A DNA stretch of 64,000 bases from Candidatus Kaiserbacteria bacterium (GTDB lineage Bacteria > Patescibacteriota > Minisyncoccia > Phycocordibacterales > UBA918). Both the position numbers and the translations under genes were made by a program. Below the pieces are notes generated by a model. That model made no database searches, had not been told where the DNA came from, and worked only from the letters and a program-made list of their open reading frames with translations. Positions 57,091 through 64,000 of the stretch are shown in pieces. The stretch lies in the NCBI GenBank assembly GCA_031430855.1, contig JANPCG010000013.1, positions 26,347 to 90,346 on the forward strand, in the 5' to 3' direction. Every line of letters starts with the position of its first letter. The first letter of the stretch is position 1.

Positions 57091-57186
57091 GTCGCAAATC
57101 ACTAAGTATATTTGTTCACTTCGTTCCAAATTTACTAAGTGTTTGCGACCCCGACTCAACTGTCGCAGAGCGACATGTTTCCGTCT
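57091..57186 (+). repeat. Modular intergenic repeat, units A+C
   Basis: ggtcgcaaatcactaagtatatttgttcacttcgttccaaatttactaagtgtttgcgacc + caactgtcgcagagcgacatgtttccgtct. Confidence 0.55.
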
Positions 57187-57299
57187 TTCAAGTCCCGCAC
57201 GCAAGCAAAGCAGTTTGCTTGCTCCCCGGCACAAAATACAACTACCGCAAGCTATTGCTTGCGGTAGTTGTATTTTGTGCCGGGGAGCGGGACTTGAAC
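57187..57299. repeat. ~110-nt palindrome made of two inverted copies of the tRNA-Leu(TAA) T-arm/acceptor 3' segment around a perfect 19-bp hairpin
   Basis: Left arm ttcaagtcccgc[gcaagcaaa-GCAG-tttgcttgc]tccccggcac. Centre aaaatacaactaccgcaagc-tatt-gcttgcggtagttgtatttt. Right arm gtgccggggagcgggacttgaa. Confidence 0.55.
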
Positions 57300-57316
57300 A
57301 TTACATGTTCGGTACA
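57277..57316 (-). repeat. Partial direct copy of the tRNA-Leu(TAA) 3' end (23 nt) plus junction palindrome
   Basis: gtgccggggagcgggacttgaac, compared with the tRNA's gtgccgggagcgggacttgaac. It is followed by ATTACATGTTCGGTACA. Confidence 0.6.
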
Positions 57317-57429
57317 GGTTGTCGCCACTTTACTTCGCTTCCAGCTCATAAAGTTGCAGGCAACCTTTTCAAGTCCCTGGGGCAAATGCAAAAACTCCCC
57401 AGATAAAAATCTGAAGAGTTTTTACATTG

Positions 57430-57513
57430 TGCCGGGAGCGGGACTTGAACCCGCACGGGCTTGCGCCCACAAAATTTTAAGTCTTGCGTGGCTACCGATT
57501 ACACCATCCCGGC
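57430..57513 (-). tRNA. tRNA-Leu (anticodon TAA)
   Basis: Class-II tRNA. Acceptor GCCGGGA/TCCCGGC, anticodon arm caaga-ctTAAaa-ttttg, variable arm with a GCAA tetraloop, T-loop GGTTCAAGTCC. Confidence 0.85.
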
Positions 57514-57618
57514 ACTGACTTTTTTATGGAATCTTCCGTTACACGGACCGTATCCGTTGTCGCTATATTATTTCACTTCGTTCATAATCTAGCAGCCAAC
57601 AGCTTCGATTCCCTTGTC

Positions 57619-57662
57619 ATATCTAAAACAAAACATAAAGAAATATGTTTTGTTTTAGATAT
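57619..57662 (-). terminator. Perfect 19-bp hairpin terminator abutting the tRNA-Cys 3' end
   Basis: atatctaaaacaaaacata-aagaaa-tatgttttgttttagatat. Confidence 0.55.
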
Positions 57663-57663
57663 G

Positions 57664-57735
57664 AGACCGGGACGGGAATCGAACCCGTGCATCGAGGTTT
57701 TGCAAACCACTGCGTTACCGCTTCGCCACCCGGTC
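57664..57735 (-). tRNA. tRNA-Cys (anticodon GCA)
   Basis: Acceptor GACCGGG/CCCGGTC, anticodon loop ttGCAaa, T-loop GGTTCGATTCC, discriminator U. One U.U mismatch in the anticodon stem. Confidence 0.75.
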
Positions 57736-57779
57736 TTATTTGGATGTGATCTACTGTAGCATTTTTGTCTGAGTTAGAC

Positions 57780-57820
57780 AAAACAAACCTGGGTGCGTCA
57801 TATCGCACCCAGGTTTGTTT
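57780..57820. terminator. Bidirectional terminator (rbfA 3' end)
   Basis: aaacaaacctgggtgcg-tcatat-cgcacccaggtttgttt. Confidence 0.6.
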
Positions 57821-57821
57821 A

Positions 57822-58229
57822 TTATTCAGCTGTAGGCTTCTCGCGGCCGGCGTCAAGGAGGCCTTCAATCACTTCTTCGGTTGATTTATCATGGTCAATT
57901 TCGCGCGCGATTTCATCAATGTGTTGGCGGTGCTTTTCTCCGTAATCATAGGCAAATTCGAGGTGGGGAATAATTTTGAGGTTACTTTTCTTTTTTACAA
58001 AACCACGCATCTCGCCGGCTGAACGCTTGAGGAATACTAAGGCATCTGATTCACGACCATCAGGGATGGTAGTGACGTACACGGTAACACGCCGATAGTC
58101 AGGGGAAACCGTTACGTGCGTCACGGTAATCATGGGATTCGTGTTCGCTTCTTGTTGAATGAATTTCGCTACAATCTCTTTAATGAGTGAAGCGGCACGG
58201 TCGTGACGATCGAAGGCAGGAGTGTTCAT
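57822..58229 (-). CDS. rbfA: Ribosome-binding factor A
   Basis: KH-like RbfA pattern (RVTVYVTTIP...). Immediately downstream of infB. Confidence 0.8.
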   Translation of the reverse strand: MNTPAFDRHDRAASLIKEIVAKFIQQEANTNPMITVTHVTVSPDYRRVTVYVTTIPDGRESDALVFLKRSAGEMRGFVKKKSNLKIIPHLEFAYDYGEKHRQHIDEIAREIDHDKSTEEVIEGLLDAGREKPTAE

Positions 58230-58235
58230 AAGAGA

Positions 58236-59735
58236 TTACGTTATCACAATTTCAAAGCCTTCGATAAGATCGCCGGGGGCGATTTCGGTTTTAGAATCAA
58301 CCTGCATACCAAATTCGCTCTCAGATACCTGCTTCACATCTGATTTTTGTTGCTGTAGGTTTTTAATCACTCCTCGCCCAACTTCAATATCACGGCGGGT
58401 GATGAGAACGCTCTGACCTAATTTCATAATGCCGTCCTCGACCCGAGCTCCTAGTACGTGTGTATATTTTTGGGTACTGAAATGTTTGATAACCTTCGCG
58501 TGACCAGTGACGACGCGCTCTTCCATCTTTGGGGTACGGTTTTTAAGTGCCGTATTAAGCCAATCGGACAATTCATAAATAATCGAAAAGGTGTCAATTT
58601 CTACTCCCTGACGTTCTGCGAGGTCTACTGCCGCTCGGTCGACAGTAACATTAAAGCCAACGATAATAGCGTCTTTTGTTGCGCTCACATTGCGGACGTC
58701 ACTTTCTGAAATTGAACCAACTCCAGTATCAATCACTCGGACAGAAATGCGATCTGATTCGAAGTTACCGAGTTCGTAGAGAATGGCATCAATCGTGCCG
58801 AGCATATCAGCTTTAATCAAGATTGGAATGGTTGGGAGATTGGTTTTTTTGTGGGTCACAATTGGAGCTGCATCAGTTCCGGAAATTGCCGATTCGGCTT
58901 CTTTTTTAGAGTCCACTGTGTAGAACGTGCTGCCGGCTTTTGGAATGCTATTAAAACCAACAATCCCAACCGGAGTAGAGAGCCCGGCCTCTTTGAGACT
59001 TTTTCCATTACTGTCTTCCATGATACGTACGGGAGCAAAGCTGTGTCCCGAAACCACAAACTGTCCTGCCTTGAGGGTACCGTTCGTGACAATAAGAGTA
59101 GCGGTATTGCCGCGTTTTGGATCAAGATTTCCGTCGATGATGGTTCCAGTGGCCGCTGCGTTTAGGTCTCCGGTGAGTTCTCCCAAGTCTGCAGCTAAAA
59201 TAATCAAATCGAGTAAATCACTTACACCGGCACCGGTTTTAGCTGAAATTGCTGCCCAGGGAATATCCCCCCCCATCCCTTCGATGTAAATTTCATTTTC
59301 AATGAGACTCGCTTGAGTCCGAGGAATGTCGGCTCCTGGTTTATCCATTTTGTTAATGGCAACAATCATCGGAATACCAGCGGCTTTAATGGATTCAAGC
59401 GCCTCAAGTGTCTGTGGCTTAACTCCGTCTTCAGCGGAAACGACTAATATGGCAATATCAGCCACGTCAGCGCCTCGGAGACGCATTTTTTGGAACGCAG
59501 CATGACCGGGAGTATCGAGAAATGTGATGCTTTCAGTAGCTCCGTCTTTAGTAGTATGAGGAACCACGTAGGCTGAGAGGTGTTGGGTGATGCCGCCGGC
59601 TTCACCATCTACCACATTACTCTTTCGGATATAGTCCAAAAGGGTTGATTTTCCGTGGTCAATATGACCCATAACCACCACAATAGGTGGCCGTTTGGTG
59701 ATTGCGGGTGCTGCAGTTTTTGTTTTTTTCGCCAT
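58236..59735 (-). CDS. infB: Translation initiation factor IF-2 (short form, ~499 aa)
   Basis: GTPase G1 [25 protein letters not shown], plus domains II-IV. No long N-terminal extension. Confidence 0.9.
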   Translation of the reverse strand: MAKKTKTAAPAITKRPPIVVVMGHIDHGKSTLLDYIRKSNVVDGEAGGITQHLSAYVVPHTTKDGATESITFLDTPGHAAFQKMRLRGADVADIAILVVSAEDGVKPQTLEALESIKAAGIPMIVAINKMDKPGADIPRTQASLIENEIYIEGMGGDIPWAAISAKTGAGVSDLLDLIILAADLGELTGDLNAAATGTIIDGNLDPKRGNTATLIVTNGTLKAGQFVVSGHSFAPVRIMEDSNGKSLKEAGLSTPVGIVGFNSIPKAGSTFYTVDSKKEAESAISGTDAAPIVTHKKTNLPTIPILIKADMLGTIDAILYELGNFESDRISVRVIDTGVGSISESDVRNVSATKDAIIVGFNVTVDRAAVDLAERQGVEIDTFSIIYELSDWLNTALKNRTPKMEERVVTGHAKVIKHFSTQKYTHVLGARVEDGIMKLGQSVLITRRDIEVGRGVIKNLQQQKSDVKQVSESEFGMQVDSKTEIAPGDLIEGFEIVIT

Positions 59736-59846
59736 AGTAATTATTCGTTTCGTTAATTATTGTGCCCGGTCAGGGGAGACTGCTAAATAAGTACGGGGAG
59801 TATAGCAGATATTTACATATTTTTCACCTCGTGTCATGATTTCCGG

Positions 59847-61073
59847 ATGTTTAGGCCCTTCCGCTCAAAAACAGCCGATCACTCACCCGCAGCTCGGGTG
59901 TATTTAGATTATGCGTCAGCGACGCCGGTTTTGCCTGAAGTGATACAAGCCATGAGTCATTTCTGGTCGGAAGACTTTGGGAATGCGAGTGCGATTCATA
60001 GCGAAGGAGTGCGCGCCAAAACAGCGTTAATTCATGCCCGCGAAGCAGTGGCTAAAATACTCCAAGTTAAGCCTGACGGGATTACATTTACGAGCGGGGG
60101 GACTGAAAGTAATAACTTGGCTATCGTCGGTACGATTGAGCGTGTGCGTACAGAGGGTGTGCCATACTCCGACATGGAAATTATCACGACGCGTCTCGAA
60201 CATCCAGCCACGCTAAAAACAGTCGCTGCGCTTGAGTGTAAAGGAGTTACAGTGCGCTATGCACCAGTAGATGAGCGTGGACGAATCATTTTGGCTGAGT
60301 TTACTGAATTGCTGTCACTGCGCACCCGGATAGTCACCGTTGCCTATGTGAATAGTGAAATCGGCACTATTGAAGACATTGGTGCATTACATCGTCTCAT
60401 TGCCGCTAAGCGGCGTGAGGGGGGAACGGCGGCACTACTTCATGTTGATGCTGCTCAGGCACCGATGTGGCTCCCGTGCGAATTGCCTCGCCTGGGAGCG
60501 GACCTTCTTTCCCTCGATTCCGGAAAATTTGGTGGACCGAAAGGCGTTGGTATTTTAGCGCACGGTAAAGGTGTCGCAGTTGAGGCGGTTGTGTATGGCG
60601 GTGGACAGGAGGCAGGGCTTCGTCCTGGTACGGAAGCGGTTCCTCTCATTGTCGGATGCTCTACTGCTTTAGAGATTGTTCAGGCATGTTGGAAAGAGCG
60701 TCAAGAAGCAGTCTCACGTCTACGGGACGACGCAATCAAAGCGTTGCAAAATGCGATTCCAGGACTGTTTCTAAATGGCGCCCGAGGTGAAGAGCGCGTA
60801 GCAAACAATATTAATATTTCTATCCCGGGGCTCAGTAGTGAATTTGCGGTCATAAGTCTCGACGTAGCCGGGATTGCCTGTAGTACAAAAAGTGCCTGTA
60901 GTGCCGCCGGTGGTGGTGAGAGTACGGTGGTAAAAGCAGTAACGGGGGATAGTGCTCGCGCTGCTTCTACTTTGCGTTTTACTCTTGGTCCAGACACTAC
61001 AACTGCACAAATTAATCAGATGATAGTAGTACTTAAAACACATGCTGAATCCCAAAAAAGTACAATAGTATAA
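59847..61073 (+). CDS. Cysteine desulfurase (class V aminotransferase, IscS/NifS-like)
   Basis: DYASATPV N-terminus, PLP-Lys region SLDSGKFGGPKGVG, C-terminal catalytic Cys region (SACSAAG). Confidence 0.8.
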   Translation: MFRPFRSKTADHSPAARVYLDYASATPVLPEVIQAMSHFWSEDFGNASAIHSEGVRAKTALIHAREAVAKILQVKPDGITFTSGGTESNNLAIVGTIERVRTEGVPYSDMEIITTRLEHPATLKTVAALECKGVTVRYAPVDERGRIILAEFTELLSLRTRIVTVAYVNSEIGTIEDIGALHRLIAAKRREGGTAALLHVDAAQAPMWLPCELPRLGADLLSLDSGKFGGPKGVGILAHGKGVAVEAVVYGGGQEAGLRPGTEAVPLIVGCSTALEIVQACWKERQEAVSRLRDDAIKALQNAIPGLFLNGARGEERVANNINISIPGLSSEFAVISLDVAGIACSTKSACSAAGGGESTVVKAVTGDSARAASTLRFTLGPDTTTAQINQMIVVLKTHAESQKSTIV

Positions 61074-61196
61074 TTTTGACAGGGTCACAATTTTGTTGTA
61101 ATATATTAGCACCGTATTGATACCGGTCTACTATCTCCAGTTTTGGAATAAATCATCGTCACTCTGCGTAGTAAGTATCGTATAATCATTAGAGTC

Positions 61197-63911
61197 ATGC
61201 CAAATTTTCACAACTTCACATCAAAAGCAAAAGAAGCTATCCGCAAAGCCCATGAACTCGCCATTGAGCGTGGTCAAAACCATGTCAGTCCGGTCCATCT
61301 CCTCACTGCACTTTCGATGCAGGATGAGAGTATGGTAATTTCAGTTCTCGATAAACTTGATATAGATATCATTGCCTTTACTGACTTCTTATTAGAAGCG
61401 CTTGAAGGAGCTGAATCACAGTCAACGATTTCGCAGTCGTACCAACTCTACCTCACTCCTGAACTGGCGAAAGCGCTTGAGCATTCAGGTCAACTTGCCG
61501 AACAGCTCGGGGACTCATACGTTGGAGTTGAACATCTCTTTTTAGCAACGCTTGAACACCCAGGTCCGGCAAGTGAAATTATGTTGCGGGTGGGAATCGA
61601 TAAAACTCGGGTCATGAATGTTATCAAAGAGATTCGTGAACATCGCGTCACAGATGCTCAGAGTCCAAAGAAATTCCGAGCGCTTACAAAGTACACGCGC
61701 AACCTCACGAAGCTCGCACAAGACAATAAGCTTGATCCTGTAATTGGACGTGACGCTGAAGTACAGCGTGTCATTCAAATACTGTCGCGTCGTACTAAAA
61801 ATAACCCGGTCCTCATTGGAGAGGCGGGGGTAGGTAAAACGGCGATTGCTGAAGGCTTGGCACAGCAAATTGTGCAAGGTCAAGTCCCAGAATCAATCAA
61901 AGGGAAAGAAATCCTCTCGCTTGACCTTGGTCTCTTAGTAGCGGGGACAAAATTCCGTGGTGAATTTGAAGAGCGTCTCAAAGCAGTCATGAAAGAAGTA
62001 GAATCTGCCCAAGGCATGATCATTCTTTTTATTGATGAGCTCCATACCATTGTGGGTGCTGGTTCAGCCGAAGGATCTATGGATGCGTCAAATATGCTCA
62101 AGCCGGCGTTAGCGCGCGGTGAAATGCGCGTCATTGGCGCGACGACTCTCAAGGAATACCAAAAGCATATTGAACGTGACCCCGCCCTTACCCGACGTTT
62201 CCAGCCTGTGTATGTGAACGAGCCGAGTCAAGAAGATGCGATTGCTATCCTCCGTGGTATTGCAGAGAAATACGAACTCTTCCACGGCGTGCGCATTACT
62301 GATGATGCTATTGTCGCGGCAGTAAATCTTTCTTCACGCTACATTACTGACCGTTTTTTGCCTGATAAGGCAATTGACCTCATTGACGAAGCCGCTTCGG
62401 CACTCCGTATTTCGCTTGAAAATAAGCCGGATGAGTTAGTGGCTGCTGATCGTTTGATTACACGGCTCGAAATCGAACGTGAAGCCTTAAAGAAAGAGGA
62501 GGGCACTACTGAGCAGAAAAAGAAAATCAAAGACCGACTCAAAGAAATAGTGAGTGAAATTGGTGAACTGAAAGAAACGACGTCAGCCCTTGAAACGAAA
62601 TGGAATAATGAAAGAGAAGCTTTGGGTGAAATTAGTCGACTGAAAAAAGAATTAGAGGAACTTCGACTCGAGGCAGAAAGTGCCGAAGCGATGGCAGACC
62701 TCACCCGGGCGGCCGAAATCCGATATGACTCAATCCCGTCAGTCGAGCGAGAATTGGAAGTAAAGATTAAACGACTCAAGAAACTCCAGCGCAGTCGTCG
62801 TCTCCTCAAAGAAGAGGTGACCGAAGAAGAAATTGCAGGAGTCGTATCACGTTGGACGGGAATTCCGGTATCGCGGATGCTTGAAGCGGAGGCGAAAAAA
62901 TTAGCGCGTATGGAAGAAGACCTTAAAGAGAAGGTCGTGGGGCAAGATGCGGCAATTCAGTTGGTAGCAAACGCCGTGAAGCGGTCGCGTGCCGGAATTG
63001 CTGATCCTAATCGTCCGATTGGCTCGTTCTTATTCCTCGGTCCTACCGGAGTCGGTAAGACGGAACTTTCACGAGCGGTCGCACAATTTATGTTTAATGA
63101 CCCCGACGCTCTGTTGCGAATCGATATGTCTGAGTTCATGGAGAAACATTCCGTTTCTAAAATTATTGGTTCACCACCTGGATACGTCGGTCACGAAGAG
63201 GGAGGTAACTTTGCGGAACGAGTCCGACACCGACCATATTCAGTTATTCTTCTTGATGAGATTGAAAAGGCACATCCTGAGGTATTTAACATTCTCTTGC
63301 AGGTATTAGACTCTGGTCACTTAACTGATGCGAAGGGTCGAAAAATTAACTTCCGCAACACGGTCATTATCATGACCTCAAACATCGGGGCGGAACACAT
63401 TGACCGCATGTCAAACTTTGGCTTTGCGACCGACCGCGGTGCAGCGGCACAGTACACCCAAGCCAAGGATAAAGTTACCGAAAGTCTCAAGCATTTCTTC
63501 CGGCCGGAGTTTCTCAATCGTCTCGATGAGATTATTATCTTTGATATTCTCTCACCAGAAACTATTCGAAATATTGTCGGTATCCAAGTCGGTGAAGTAA
63601 TGGAACGACTCCGCCGAAAAGAAATCGCCCTCTCGATCAGTGATGAGGTCCTCGATTACTTGGCGCGCGAAGGGTATGATCCAAAATTTGGAGCACGACC
63701 ACTCAAGCGAGTAATTCAAAGCAAAATCCTGACCCCGGTTGCAACCATGATGGTAGAAGAAGGGATGCTGCGTGGTGGTACCGTACGAGTTGATATGAAG
63801 AAAGGCGAACTAAGTTTTGAAGTCAAGAAGCGCGCTCGAACTGCGCGAGAAGCGGGCGCCATTAAAAAAGGTTTTAAGAAATCTATCCCAACCAACGTGT
63901 CGCAGGGATAG
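61197..63911 (+). CDS. clpB: Chaperone ClpB (AAA+ disaggregase)
   Basis: Clp N-terminal repeats, two Walker A motifs (GEAGVGKTA and GPTGVGKTE), and a long coiled-coil middle domain. Confidence 0.9.
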   Translation: MPNFHNFTSKAKEAIRKAHELAIERGQNHVSPVHLLTALSMQDESMVISVLDKLDIDIIAFTDFLLEALEGAESQSTISQSYQLYLTPELAKALEHSGQLAEQLGDSYVGVEHLFLATLEHPGPASEIMLRVGIDKTRVMNVIKEIREHRVTDAQSPKKFRALTKYTRNLTKLAQDNKLDPVIGRDAEVQRVIQILSRRTKNNPVLIGEAGVGKTAIAEGLAQQIVQGQVPESIKGKEILSLDLGLLVAGTKFRGEFEERLKAVMKEVESAQGMIILFIDELHTIVGAGSAEGSMDASNMLKPALARGEMRVIGATTLKEYQKHIERDPALTRRFQPVYVNEPSQEDAIAILRGIAEKYELFHGVRITDDAIVAAVNLSSRYITDRFLPDKAIDLIDEAASALRISLENKPDELVAADRLITRLEIEREALKKEEGTTEQKKKIKDRLKEIVSEIGELKETTSALETKWNNEREALGEISRLKKELEELRLEAESAEAMADLTRAAEIRYDSIPSVERELEVKIKRLKKLQRSRRLLKEEVTEEEIAGVVSRWTGIPVSRMLEAEAKKLARMEEDLKEKVVGQDAAIQLVANAVKRSRAGIADPNRPIGSFLFLGPTGVGKTELSRAVAQFMFNDPDALLRIDMSEFMEKHSVSKIIGSPPGYVGHEEGGNFAERVRHRPYSVILLDEIEKAHPEVFNILLQVLDSGHLTDAKGRKINFRNTVIIMTSNIGAEHIDRMSNFGFATDRGAAAQYTQAKDKVTESLKHFFRPEFLNRLDEIIIFDILSPETIRNIVGIQVGEVMERLRRKEIALSISDEVLDYLAREGYDPKFGARPLKRVIQSKILTPVATMMVEEGMLRGGTVRVDMKKGELSFEVKKRARTAREAGAIKKGFKKSIPTNVSQG

Positions 63912-63928
63912 GTACAGAAAGAAACATT

Positions 63929-63966
63929 AAAAAACACCATCCTCTTGCGGGGGATGGTGTTTTTTA
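63929..63966 (+). terminator. clpB terminator
   Basis: aaaacaccatcc-tcttgcggg-ggatggtgtttttt. Confidence 0.6.
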
Positions 63967-64000
63967 ATGATTACAGTTTCTTAAATTGCGCAAAGACCAA

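Noticed and set aside
57187-57232. Additional plus-strand tRNA gene at the inverted tRNA-Leu fragment
   Set aside because: Only the T-arm and acceptor 3' half are present, with a 22-nt hairpin insertion, and there is no 5' half or anticodon arm. It is a fragment, not a gene.
34231-57300. CRISPR array interpretation of the recurrent repeats
   Set aside because: The repeats are heterogeneous modules at irregular spacing across 23 kb, with no regular repeat-spacer periodicity and no cas genes.

Overview
This 64-kb window appears to come from a small, streamlined bacterial genome of roughly 45-48% GC (by eye). Calling it CPR/Patescibacteria-like is an inference from several traits: a short 499-aa IF-2, many small membrane proteins, an O-antigen-ligase/TPR fusion, four tandem T4SS-pilin-like paralogs, and weak or absent Shine-Dalgarno sequences. 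It is not a database result. Most of the window is housekeeping. The genes supported include mltG, a TrmH-family methyltransferase, mgtE, a Fur/Zur-ZIP divergent pair, an SPFH protein, murJ, lepA, a NUDIX hydrolase, a GNAT acetyltransferase, an Hsp20, prsW, valS, tsaD, an NrnA-like DHH phosphoesterase, glmS, bcp, trxB, ftsZ-ftsA, ybeY-rpsU, a hisS-like gene, lepB, pth, rpsA, gyrA, trhO, rbfA-infB, a cysteine desulfurase and clpB. RNA genes are RNase P RNA and eight tRNAs: Arg-CCT, Phe-GAA, Val-GAC, Ser-CGA, Leu-TAG, Lys-CTT, Leu-TAA and Cys-GCA. Many long, perfect, AT-flanked hairpin terminators are present. I found no CRISPR array, no rRNA, and no transposase or integrase gene. The most unusual content is non-coding. 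Each of the three class-II tRNA genes (Ser, Leu-TAG, Leu-TAA) is followed about 100-140 nt downstream by a partial direct copy of its own 3' end. Each copy abuts a conserved junction palindrome, GAACAT-TAC-ATGTTC or its covarying form GAATCT-TAC-AGATTC. These loci also carry further partial and inverted tRNA fragments, a modular A/B/C repeat family present in at least five copies across 34-57 kb, a family of 9-bp hairpins with GCAG loops and covarying stems, and a roughly 440-nt highly structured ORF-free region downstream of tRNA-Phe. Other observations are a MITE-like 217-bp element with 20-bp perfect terminal inverted repeats between hisS and rpsU, a hairpin-rich leader with alternative pairing upstream of valS, several GC-rich (HGT-like) hypothetical genes, a tandem array of four T4SS-pilin-like small membrane proteins beside GC-rich membrane genes, an overlapping two-gene module next to tRNA-Val, and a DCC-HTTM-like fusion protein.
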